IMG/VR virus record: IMGVR_UViG_3300020047_004730 | Reading direction: 5' to 3' (one strand) | Length of the DNA stretch: 20,000 nt | DNA from: an uncultured virus (IMG/VR IMGVR_UViG_3300020047_004730) | Taxonomy: Duplodnaviria; Heunggongvirae; Uroviricota; Caudoviricetes; Crassvirales | Part shown: positions 7,683 through 16,654 of the stretch, one piece after another | Position numbering within the stretch: the stretch's first letter is position 1 | How the letters are laid out: the number at the start of each line of letters is the position of its first letter | Notes under the pieces: generated by a model | The model's database searches: none | Seen by the model: the letters and a program-made list of their open reading frames with translations, nothing else | What the model was told of the DNA's origin: nothing | Program-made: the position numbers and the translations under genes

Positions 7683-10546
7683 GTGTAAGATACTTCAGTC
7701 CATACATCTCCGTCCCATTGTTCGGATACAGTTTGAGTTAATTTTTGATACCATCCAGCATCCGCTTTTGCGCTACCGTCTGCTTTTTTAAATATGTTAT
7801 TCCCAGCTACTCCCATTGGTCCATCTATCCAGTATTCAGATATTGTACCATTACAAGACAATACTCCAGTAGTTCCGTATCTAAGAAGCATCCTAGTTAG
7901 TGGCGCTGCAGTAGTTGTGGTGGTTGTAGTAGTAGTTGTACTTGTTGTGGTTGTACTTGTAGTGGTGGTAGTTGTCGTAGTTGTTATTCCTTGACAGTCA
8001 ACACAGTTATCAAAAGTAAACAAAATTGTTGATATTGCAGGTCCAGATCCAGCGTATGAGTTTATTGTATAACAGGTTCCATTTACTGCCTTTACTACAG
8101 TTCCTAACGGTAGCTGTAATAATGCCTGTTCGCTAATAATAACTGATGGAGAAGCAGTTCCGCATGCCGTACAGTTATAGAACCAAGTTGGTAACGTAGT
8201 AGTAGTTGTAGTAGTTGTCGCTGAACAATTAACCACAGCTAATACCTGACCAAGCAGTCCAATTTGTATTACTATCCCAGTAGATACCTTGTACCACTTT
8301 GACAGTCCATTAAACGTAATAGTTCCACCAGCATCTGTAAACACAAAGTCTGAAACAGTAGGAACAGCTCCAGCTCCGTTATGATATCTAGTAGTCCAAG
8401 GAGCAGCTCCGTTATCGCAAGCTAGAGATGATGACACAAATGCATCGGCATCAATACTGAATGCTGTTATTGGAGTTGCTGTAGTTGTTGTGGTAGTTGT
8501 AGTTGTTGTAGTAACACTCAAACAAGTGTCGCAGTCAGCATACGTAACTACTGGATGCTCAATCGATAGGTATGGGAATGTAGCTGTAGTTACAGATGTA
8601 ATCGTCCAACAGTTACCGTCATCCGTCTTTACAATATCTGACACAATTACTCCTGATGTAGTCGCATCAAAAAGAACAGCCGATACAGTTGGATCAACAC
8701 AAGATGTACCCACAAAGTAATCACCTGTAGGTAATGTAGTTGTAGTTGTAGTAGTGGTTGTAGTTGTAGTTGTAGTTGTTGATGTAGGACACTCGTTCTT
8801 ACTGCAAACCTTACCTAACTCGTTTAGTTTTATAGAGTATGTCGCAGGGTCAATGCTGTACCAAACCCCTCCACCCATAAATGGCTCTAGTCCCTTATCG
8901 TCCTTGAATACGTGATCTCCTTCTGTCGGAACGTATCCAGCTCCATCGTGATACATTATTGAGTAAAGTGGAGAACTCAAAACGCATGCAGCATCCCCAG
9001 TATCAGCGAAGTTCTCTACGTCAATAAGGAATGGCTTCAGTTGGATATCAGTACCTACCGTTACAGTAAGTGACTTAACCACTGAGTCACCAAAACAGTT
9101 AGATGCCTGAACGTCAAACATAAATGTACAGCTGTCTGTAGGAGTTCCTGAAATACTTCCCGTATCGCTTAATGTTATCCCTGCAGGAAGTATGTCAGCC
9201 TGAGAAGGTCCAACAAGTGTCTGCGCTCCCGGTCCTCCTATAACTGCAGGTGTTGATGAGGAAGAAATTAAAGACGTAGTGTTTGCACTTACGGTTACCT
9301 TCTTCGCTTGATTGTCACATGATGTGTAACTAAATATTGTTCCAGTATCTCCACCCGTTAGCTCGTATGTATTACATGTTGCATTTACTATACTCCACGA
9401 TGTAGGATTTCCAGTTGCTAATAATTGAATGTTAACATTTCTTCCAACCAGAAGTGATAAGTCTTCTTGATGTATAAACGGTGGAGCAAACTCATTGCAG
9501 TCACACCCCCCATTAGCAAATACAGCTCCGTCGGATGCCACCCCAATATACGTACCTCCAGAAACAGGCGGTACAAGTAATGACGTTACTGATGTCTGGT
9601 AGTAAGCACCACCACCATCGAATAATACGTACTCTCCATTCTCTAATCTATAAATCCTATCTCCCGTTGTTGGAAGTAATCCAGCTCCGTCATGATAGTA
9701 TAACTCGTCAGCTACTTGAGAACAAACATTAGCTAGTGTTCCAACAGCTGAGTCTATATAAAAAGAAGTTAACGTAGGATCTATTCTCTCTAAGAAGAAT
9801 GATGTGTTGGTAGATATAGTTGTAGCATATACATTAGATACCCCAGTAGATAGGTGCTTACTGAATCTTAATTGTCCAGTTCCGTTATTTACTAATCCAT
9901 TATATGGAGCCACTAGTCCTATGTCTTCTGGACTTATACCGTCAGCAATTAGTGCTAGATAGTTAGCATTAGAATTCAATCCTACATACTTAGTGTCTGC
10001 TACTATTACGCCATTCCATTCTATCTGAACTCTAGTTGGCTTGTCAGGGATCACATAATCAATTCCAGCTCTACCTAAATCAGTTCCAAAGTCGCAATCA
10101 ATAATTCTTTCTGATCCTGCACCTAGGTAAGATACAACTCCGCTATCTAAATTATCTGAGTAGTCCCATATAACATACAAGAACGGGAGATCATCAGGAT
10201 TTAAAAATACAAATGTACCCTCATATCTTCCTCCATCCGTAGCACTATACACCACTGGTATCTCTGTAGCGTTTGATACTATCTCAGATCTATCTGAAGG
10301 ACCATACTGAATATCAGACACTAGGTAGTACACCTTGTTGTTTAATCCCGGTTGTAGCTTCTGATTTATTTTATTTGATCCATTTCCAGCAATTATATAT
10401 ACCGTATCACCATTTGCAGGCATATAATCTATACCACCTATGCCGTTTCTAGAGTCAAACAAAGATACGCCAGAGTCAGACAGATTGATTCTATCTATTT
10501 GATAGTAAGTGACTCCATCAGGAGAGTATGATTGATTTGATTGCAT
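7673..10546 (-). CDS. Modular virion surface/tail appendage protein with Ig-like domain, Cys-containing repeats and poly-Thr linkers (957 aa)
   Basis: Three YH[DN]GAGxxPTxxD modules plus a degenerate fourth, two CxxC-ending modules, a He_PIG-like domain (LPAGITLSDTGSISGTPT...VQASN), and four Thr tracts. Confidence 0.8.
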   Translation of the reverse strand: MQSNQSYSPDGVTYYQIDRINLSDSGVSLFDSRNGIGGIDYMPANGDTVYIIAGNGSNKINQKLQPGLNNKVYYLVSDIQYGPSDRSEIVSNATEIPVVYSATDGGRYEGTFVFLNPDDLPFLYVIWDYSDNLDSGVVSYLGAGSERIIDCDFGTDLGRAGIDYVIPDKPTRVQIEWNGVIVADTKYVGLNSNANYLALIADGISPEDIGLVAPYNGLVNNGTGQLRFSKHLSTGVSNVYATTISTNTSFFLERIDPTLTSFYIDSAVGTLANVCSQVADELYYHDGAGLLPTTGDRIYRLENGEYVLFDGGGAYYQTSVTSLLVPPVSGGTYIGVASDGAVFANGGCDCNEFAPPFIHQEDLSLLVGRNVNIQLLATGNPTSWSIVNATCNTYELTGGDTGTIFSYTSCDNQAKKVTVSANTTSLISSSSTPAVIGGPGAQTLVGPSQADILPAGITLSDTGSISGTPTDSCTFMFDVQASNCFGDSVVKSLTVTVGTDIQLKPFLIDVENFADTGDAACVLSSPLYSIMYHDGAGYVPTEGDHVFKDDKGLEPFMGGGVWYSIDPATYSIKLNELGKVCSKNECPTSTTTTTTTTTTTTTTTLPTGDYFVGTSCVDPTVSAVLFDATTSGVIVSDIVKTDDGNCWTITSVTTATFPYLSIEHPVVTYADCDTCLSVTTTTTTTTTTTATPITAFSIDADAFVSSSLACDNGAAPWTTRYHNGAGAVPTVSDFVFTDAGGTITFNGLSKWYKVSTGIVIQIGLLGQVLAVVNCSATTTTTTTTLPTWFYNCTACGTASPSVIISEQALLQLPLGTVVKAVNGTCYTINSYAGSGPAISTILFTFDNCVDCQGITTTTTTTTTSTTTTSTTTTTTTTTTAAPLTRMLLRYGTTGVLSCNGTISEYWIDGPMGVAGNNIFKKADGSAKADAGWYQKLTQTVSEQWDGDVWTEVSYTCS
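7910..7984 (-). repeat. Poly-Thr tract T9-S-T4-S-T10
   Basis: 25 consecutive Thr/Ser codons with mixed ACN codons. Confidence 0.95.
8195..8218 (-). repeat. Poly-Thr tract T8
   Basis: 8 ACN codons. Confidence 0.95.
8480..8512 (-). repeat. Poly-Thr tract T11
   Basis: 11 ACN codons. Confidence 0.95.
8735..8779 (-). repeat. Poly-Thr tract T15
   Basis: 15 ACN codons. Confidence 0.95.
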
Positions 10547-10549
10547 ATT

Positions 10550-13500
10550 TTATTTTTTAGGTGTTTCAGCGTTTAGTACTAGTGTTATTATCGTTCCCTT
10601 TCTACCTCTAGCTTGAGTTAGAATAAACGATTCAGTTAATCCGTCACAGTATGTAACTCTAAGCTCTACCTCTCTATTTATTGAAGTATTATTTACAGCC
10701 ACTTCTCCATAGATATTTTGAGATCCAGATCCAGATGTTGCGAAGTTACCTATCCAGTTAGTTCCAAATCCAATATTTACAGCTGTTATTGTCCAAGGAG
10801 AGTCAGTATTTATAGAGAATAGTAGGTATCCTAAATTATCTTTTGGTACGCTTAATGAGTTTCTACTTATCGAAAGTCTACAAGGTATAGATCTTTGAGA
10901 GTTGTTGCTAATCATGTACACATGATTGAATGGATCGTACGCACCTAACTTCTGAGTGAATGGATTGTCTCTCATCAAGTCTCTGAAGTAATCTCTCATC
11001 CCTAAAGACGATACCTCAACCATTGTATCTCCCTCCATTTGAAGTACCACACCGTTTCTAGGATCTGCAAACCACATTAAGTCACCCCATGTAGCAAATG
11101 ACTCTGGCGCATTACTTATCCCATACTCATACTGCATTGGTATTTGATTTCCAAGAACTTCTGGTATAGATGCTACCTGTCCTCCTCCAACTGAGTCAAA
11201 CAATACGTTCTTACCGTACAGTACTCTTGAAACCTTTTTCTCTTGAAATACTCTAAGGTCTGTATCTCTTGCATGAAGTTTTTGAATGCTTGCGAATTCT
11301 CTATCTAAGTACTTGAAGTTAGCAAGACTTAAATTAAATTCATTCAGTCTGTTATACTGTGTGTTCTCATTGTATATTCCACTGTAGCAAATTGATGCAT
11401 CATTTCTGATTTTCTTGTAGTTGTCAATTACCGTAGTGGCTCTTGGAGAGTATTCAATAGTTGTTTGATTGAAGTCATCATAAATACGGTCAGACTCCAA
11501 TCCATTTCCCCATGCCCAAGCATTATAGTCACAGTTTGGATTAGCTGGAGTATTTAACTCAATTACAGCTGCTTGATTAGATGATACAGACTGATCTTCA
11601 TTTGATGATCCTGACAATATAACAGGTCCTGCAGCTACTGATCCAGTCCATGTCTTGTCTATTATCATTTGATATCTATCTCTTGTTTGTAATACCTCAT
11701 AGTCAGTACCTGCAACAGTTACTATATCACCTACAGTAAAGTAATGAGGTCTAGACCTATCAGATAATCTTAGTCTTGTTTTTGCTGCTAATCCAGCATA
11801 TCCTAATGATGAAACATCAAACTTCCAAGTTACAATATGGTTTCCATTCTGATCTATTGGATACGTCTGAGATAACTCATGAAAAATGTCAGCGTCTGTA
11901 TTTTTTGGTGATGTCTCGCAAAGTAGAGGAGTATCAGTTTGTGCTATTGAGAACCTAACTACTATCTTATTTTCATCATTATCATCGTAACCAAATCCTT
12001 GTATAATCATATAAACAGGAGCTTGTACTCCACCTGAAGATATTCCTTGAGATATTACAAGTTGTGTATTTCCATCATTTGATGCATTAGAAGTAAATGG
12101 TGTAAATCCCCTTCTAAATGTAACTCCTCTTGAATTTGGTACATTTACACCATTAGTGTCGTACTGATCAAACTCAAGATACGCTCCAGATTCAACAAAC
12201 CATTCCTCTATATTTTCGTAGTATGAGCTAGAAGGTAGAAATTGCTGTATTGGTGCTTGTGCTACAGAGTTAAGAGAATCCTCAACTATCTGAAGTCTTA
12301 TGACTGCTCCCGGTTGAATAGGATCTGTAAATCCTGCATTTACAATTGCTCCACCTCCATATTGTCCCGGACTATATAATAAACTTTGAGATGGTAAACC
12401 AACTCCTCCAAAATAATTACCAGTAAGATTACCATTGCCTCTTACATTTATTTTCCAAACATCTCCAGATGTATAGTTAGATTGTGTAAATAAAATACTC
12501 ACATACGGTAATCCATCTCTATTAATTGTAACTGCAGATCCTTGAACTATGTTTGCTGCAGCAGACCATGGACCTGATCCATCTAATGATCTAGTATAAC
12601 GAAATTGATTGTTATTTAATATCTCTATGGTAAATCTTGTATCTACAGCATATAAATTAAGAGGTGTCGAACTTACTAATTGTAATCCACTAGAGTCCCC
12701 ATCACCATAATGTATAGGCTGTTCAACAGTTGCAAACCTACCTACTACTGGATATAATACAGCTCCAGCTCCCCATCCCGTAGACTCAATAGTTACATTT
12801 GTAATAGCTGACGGAGAGAATTGAGATAGTGAGTCAACCTTTATTTTAAAATATACACCCGGTATAGATCCAGATACAATTGCTCCAGCATTCTTTGACT
12901 CTAGCTCTAGTATCTTGTATTTCTTGTTTGACTGAGTTGGTCCATTAGGGTCTGATTTAAATATAATGTATTCACCAACCTTTACCTTGTCTACGTCTGA
13001 GTCATTAATCAAGAAGTATCGATATGCTCCACTTACATAGTAAAGTATTGGAAATACATTATATATCTTACTCTGACCTTGCTTTACTGCTATTCTATAG
13101 TTTGTCGCCCAACATGGAGCCGTGTGATTAATTCTTAGAAGCAACTGATTAGCCGAAGTTGAATTTGCTGGCGGTATATAGATAGAGTTAGTGTCACATG
13201 TAAGTGCAGTAGTAAGTCGTCCATACTCATCAGAATACAACAAGGCAAACTCAAGATCTCTATCCGATCTCCAAGTAGACATTGGGTTAAGAACTGTAGG
13301 TAATAGTGTAGGTTGTTTTATACCCAATGTAAAGTTGATATTTATATTATCACCATTACAATCAATTATATCTCTAAACTGCTCGTAGTTTCCATACGCT
13401 AGTCTATTACCTATTACGTCTTGAGCCTTTGCTAGTAATGGAACATTATCAAATAGTCTAGTCACCTGATCTGTAGGTAGTGCTGCTAAAACTCTGTTAT

Positions 13501-14446
13501 TCTTGAACGTAACAGTTACAGAGTCACCTGTCTGACTAAATCCCGGTAGGTTATCTTTTTCGTATGTCTCTACAATACCAACGTTCAAGCTTCTAGTGTC
13601 TCTAACTACTAATTGAATAGCCTTCACAAACTCGTTACCAGTCTCAAATGAAACCCGGCATGAGTTGTAAATATTTGTCATTGACTTATTGTTTCCTACC
13701 CCGTAGTCAAAATTATATTCATCAGGCATGAATGACACTGCTGAGAATGGAGATAGTGAGCTGTACTGATTATCTAAGTATAGGTATCTATATGCAAAAT
13801 AAAGGAATTTCTCCTCCATGTTGTTTGCCTCTGGATCAGATGAATCCAAGAACGGATCAATATGAGGTGCATACATTGGAGGATTAAGGATCACGTCAAT
13901 GTCTTTATCAATTCGTGCATCATCAATGTTATACCCACCGATACCGTTAGCTCCTGCCTTTACTCTTTTTATGTTTATTCTTCGTGGAGGGTTATAGTCG
14001 TCAGTCCAATACAAGAACGTATTCCCGTCTGGACCAATAATGTGATTTACTCCAGTGATTAAGTATTCCTTCTTAAAATTAAGTTTTGATGGAGTTGATT
14101 CGTTTGCCTTGTTTGACTGTAACACACGAACGGTTGTGCCTGTGTTCTCGTCGTACTCATAGATTCCATCAAAGAAGTCTCCAGCAACAAACCAGTACAA
14201 TAAACCTCCAGCCTCATACGTCACAGATCCAATCGTTCTAGCGTCTGTTGCGTTTCTACCTGATACAGCAGCTATGTTTGCCGCTATTGTATTTCCTATT
14301 GAGTTCTGTGCAGCTCCTACATTTGATCCGGTAGATGTCTCTACAGTTATGTTTTGGGCATCTCTGTATTGACCTTGAGGCACAAGTCGCTCATCAAGGT
14401 CTTTGTTCATTACTCCTTGTATAAATGTATTCTTAAGTTCTGCCAT
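10550..14446 (-). CDS. Muzzle / tail stabilisation protein (P22 gp10-like, crAss-like), 1298 aa
   Basis: N-terminus F..G.MNKDLDERLVP.GQYRDA.NI, YWTDDYNPPRRINI, FAYRYLYLDNQYSSLSPFS, FDNVPLLAKAQ, GNRL.YGNY, NGLES.RI.DDFN and YGIS..PESFA.WG are characteristic of this family. Confidence 0.88.
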   Translation of the reverse strand: MAELKNTFIQGVMNKDLDERLVPQGQYRDAQNITVETSTGSNVGAAQNSIGNTIAANIAAVSGRNATDARTIGSVTYEAGGLLYWFVAGDFFDGIYEYDENTGTTVRVLQSNKANESTPSKLNFKKEYLITGVNHIIGPDGNTFLYWTDDYNPPRRINIKRVKAGANGIGGYNIDDARIDKDIDVILNPPMYAPHIDPFLDSSDPEANNMEEKFLYFAYRYLYLDNQYSSLSPFSAVSFMPDEYNFDYGVGNNKSMTNIYNSCRVSFETGNEFVKAIQLVVRDTRSLNVGIVETYEKDNLPGFSQTGDSVTVTFKNNRVLAALPTDQVTRLFDNVPLLAKAQDVIGNRLAYGNYEQFRDIIDCNGDNININFTLGIKQPTLLPTVLNPMSTWRSDRDLEFALLYSDEYGRLTTALTCDTNSIYIPPANSTSANQLLLRINHTAPCWATNYRIAVKQGQSKIYNVFPILYYVSGAYRYFLINDSDVDKVKVGEYIIFKSDPNGPTQSNKKYKILELESKNAGAIVSGSIPGVYFKIKVDSLSQFSPSAITNVTIESTGWGAGAVLYPVVGRFATVEQPIHYGDGDSSGLQLVSSTPLNLYAVDTRFTIEILNNNQFRYTRSLDGSGPWSAAANIVQGSAVTINRDGLPYVSILFTQSNYTSGDVWKINVRGNGNLTGNYFGGVGLPSQSLLYSPGQYGGGAIVNAGFTDPIQPGAVIRLQIVEDSLNSVAQAPIQQFLPSSSYYENIEEWFVESGAYLEFDQYDTNGVNVPNSRGVTFRRGFTPFTSNASNDGNTQLVISQGISSGGVQAPVYMIIQGFGYDDNDENKIVVRFSIAQTDTPLLCETSPKNTDADIFHELSQTYPIDQNGNHIVTWKFDVSSLGYAGLAAKTRLRLSDRSRPHYFTVGDIVTVAGTDYEVLQTRDRYQMIIDKTWTGSVAAGPVILSGSSNEDQSVSSNQAAVIELNTPANPNCDYNAWAWGNGLESDRIYDDFNQTTIEYSPRATTVIDNYKKIRNDASICYSGIYNENTQYNRLNEFNLSLANFKYLDREFASIQKLHARDTDLRVFQEKKVSRVLYGKNVLFDSVGGGQVASIPEVLGNQIPMQYEYGISNAPESFATWGDLMWFADPRNGVVLQMEGDTMVEVSSLGMRDYFRDLMRDNPFTQKLGAYDPFNHVYMISNNSQRSIPCRLSISRNSLSVPKDNLGYLLFSINTDSPWTITAVNIGFGTNWIGNFATSGSGSQNIYGEVAVNNTSINREVELRVTYCDGLTESFILTQARGRKGTIITLVLNAETPKK

Positions 14447-15324
14447 TACTTGATTTGTTTGTTTTGTCCTCTCATTATCATCAACAAGTTGCCAGCCTTG
14501 ATGTTACTTAGTCTAAGCTTTAGGTTTCTAAGTAGTGATGATTTTTTATCTCTAGCCCGTCGAACTATGTACTCTTGTATATTAACCTTGCTGTCAAGTA
14601 TGCACCAAGTAATGTATGCGTACACGTACTTCTCAGCCATCTTATGGATTCTAACTTCTGAATCGTCTACCTCTAATCCATCAGATATGTACTCAAGAAC
14701 AACTCTTTGACCTGTAATATTATTTGCAAAGTCTATAACCCCTGACCGTTTGTTGATTGTGAAAGTTCCGTTGACATTCGCTCTGTCTGTCTCAAGTCCA
14801 AAACGACCGCCAGCTTGCCCGTCGAAGTACCAATTACCACCGAAACACCAGCCCATGCAATTGTTATAGACTCCGGGTCCAGAGTATAGAGACTGGTCAA
14901 GACGTCTGATGTCAAGCTCGGACTCACCCGTAATAACATTACCATTTATATTAAATGTTAGATCATTGTTAGCGTCTTGAACGTATGCAGGAGTTGATAT
15001 TCTAGATAAACTCTCTGACATAGGTAACAGTACGCCATTAATCTCTAGTGATAACTTAACATAGTTTACGTAGTCATGTGGTAGTATCATCTTTAAGTCA
15101 CTCCCAACTATATACTCTATGGACTTTGCCTCTCTTGACGTATCAAAGCTCATCTCTTTGACCGCTTCCTTTGCATAAAACAATGCCTTGTATCTTCTTA
15201 TATTGCTAATCAACTGATCATCCCCAACGTTAATTAACATGTAGTTGTTAACTAACTCGTCAAGAGTAACATACTGATAACTTCCCCAGTTAGCTGAATT
15301 TTGATAGTACTGCTGATCTGTCAT
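14446..15324 (-). CDS. Tail ring / tubular adaptor protein (292 aa)
   Basis: LPHDYVNYVKLS, VVLEYISDGL and IHKMAEKYVYAYI motifs. Directly upstream of the muzzle gene with a TAATG overlap. Confidence 0.75.
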   Translation of the reverse strand: MTDQQYYQNSANWGSYQYVTLDELVNNYMLINVGDDQLISNIRRYKALFYAKEAVKEMSFDTSREAKSIEYIVGSDLKMILPHDYVNYVKLSLEINGVLLPMSESLSRISTPAYVQDANNDLTFNINGNVITGESELDIRRLDQSLYSGPGVYNNCMGWCFGGNWYFDGQAGGRFGLETDRANVNGTFTINKRSGVIDFANNITGQRVVLEYISDGLEVDDSEVRIHKMAEKYVYAYITWCILDSKVNIQEYIVRRARDKKSSLLRNLKLRLSNIKAGNLLMIMRGQNKQIK

Positions 15325-15327
15325 CTA

Positions 15328-16077
15328 TTATGATTTTTGTTGATTGTCATTAACCTCTTCTGCCTGCATTAATTGAACTACGTCAGCCTCTTGTATAGAT
15401 ACTCCAGCTAACTTACAAATCCCAACTACTAACCTAGGTGCATCCGTGTATGGAAGCTCAAAGTCTTGGAAGTCACTTGCTGATTGATTAAATACTGGTG
15501 CACCATCAGAAAGTATTGTATTGTACGTCCACTTAGGATCAAGTGGGTATCTCAAGTAGTTAATAGTAACGTTTGCCGTTATTGACACTGGATAAACTTG
15601 TATGCCTTGAATGTCTGCTCCTGTAGCATACTCATTAAGTACATATACTGGGTATGTATTCGTAGGCGCAACCATACTTGATGAAAGCAAGTTTAGTATT
15701 TTAACTGGACTCACCTTCTCAATTTCTACAGTATTATTATACGTAAGTCTAATAATCTTGTATGGCTTCGCTTCTAATGGCTGTGCTGGATTATCTCCCG
15801 GTACATAGAACCTATCTGATGTATTGTTATAAACAAGCACGTCTTCAATCAAGAACTTATCCATTATCTCATGAAGTAATTCTGGAATGTCTGAGTATCC
15901 AGAGTTATGCATTCTAGCATTCTGCTTGTTGATTGCATTGCTATAGTCGTACATGTACTGACCAAATAAATCCAACTGAGTATGTCTTGCAAACAAGTTG
16001 AATTCCTCTGGTGTAATGTATCCACGATTGTCTTTACTTACTATCGCTAAGACCGTATTTCTGATAGTATTAATCAT
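15328..16077 (-). CDS. Tail ring / head-tail adaptor protein (249 aa)
   Basis: K.NRGYITPEEFNLFA..Q, YLRYP.DPKWTY and DFELP motifs, plus synteny. Confidence 0.75.
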   Translation of the reverse strand: MINTIRNTVLAIVSKDNRGYITPEEFNLFARHTQLDLFGQYMYDYSNAINKQNARMHNSGYSDIPELLHEIMDKFLIEDVLVYNNTSDRFYVPGDNPAQPLEAKPYKIIRLTYNNTVEIEKVSPVKILNLLSSSMVAPTNTYPVYVLNEYATGADIQGIQVYPVSITANVTINYLRYPLDPKWTYNTILSDGAPVFNQSASDFQDFELPYTDAPRLVVGICKLAGVSIQEADVVQLMQAEEVNDNQQKS

Positions 16078-16091
16078 AATGCAAAGATAGT
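16075..16091 (-). promoter_or_regulatory. -7 promoter element with ATG 4 nt downstream (probable leaderless mRNA for the tail operon)
   Basis: ACTATCTTTGCATTATG directly after a terminator U-tract. Confidence 0.8.
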
Positions 16092-16120
16092 AAAAAAGGG
16101 CACTCGATATGAATGCCCTT
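16092..16120 (-). terminator. Intrinsic terminator after the paralog pair
   Basis: AAGGGCATTC-ATATC-GAGTGCCCTT followed by TTTT. Confidence 0.85.
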
Positions 16121-16140
16121 AGTTTTGGTGAATGAGGTAA

Positions 16141-16644
16141 TTAAGACAGTGGACCTGTAACTAAAATTACGTCTGTATTCAATGTTGATAAAACCTCTCC
16201 AGCTCTTTTACCAGAATGAATTTCTGATAATAAGTTATTGATAGAGTCTACTACATATTCTGAATTCGCGTCAGACTTATGAGTGAGTGTAAGCGTGTCC
16301 ATTGCTGCTTGAGCATGATTGTATTTAATCACTGTATTATATGCATCAGTTCTTGATGTGTACATAATATTCTCAGCGCTAAACATTCTGTCCGTATAAG
16401 CGTCTCCAGCATAAATAGTGTAAGCTGTAAGCGTAGGAACTCCTCCTCCATCTACAGACAATACAGTATTGCTATCTACTTCTAATACAGTATATACAAT
16501 CCCTGCTGCTACAACAATATCTCCTGCACTTACTGTAGCTAGGAAGTTTTGTCCAGCTTCAGTAAGTTTGTTATCAGTACCGGCAGAAGTGGTACCAGAA
16601 TCTACTGATGTATTGTAGAGTCTTGTTTTTATGAATCTTGCCAT
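16141..16644 (-). CDS. Small virion protein, paralog B with a ~70-aa inserted beta-rich domain (167 aa)
   Basis: Shares R.FSAENI...RT....TVI.YNH......D..T.TH.SDA....VV...N......H..K with the upstream gene. Confidence 0.8.
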   Translation of the reverse strand: MARFIKTRLYNTSVDSGTTSAGTDNKLTEAGQNFLATVSAGDIVVAAGIVYTVLEVDSNTVLSVDGGGVPTLTAYTIYAGDAYTDRMFSAENIMYTSRTDAYNTVIKYNHAQAAMDTLTLTHKSDANSEYVVDSINNLLSEIHSGKRAGEVLSTLNTDVILVTGPLS

Positions 16645-16654
16645 GTCTTACTTA

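Noticed and set aside
7794..8720. Plus-strand poly-Val ORFs that look like membrane peptides
   Set aside because: They are the reverse complement of the poly-Thr codons.
7910..8779. (GTA/GTT)n tracts as a CRISPR array or phase-variable microsatellite
   Set aside because: No repeat-spacer structure. The triplet unit keeps frame and the codons are mixed, so these are coding Thr tracts.
10460..10467. Extra TATCTTTG copies inside coding regions (10460-10467 and 18659-18666)
   Set aside because: They lack the extended flanks and a nearby gene start. Plausible by chance in AT-rich DNA.
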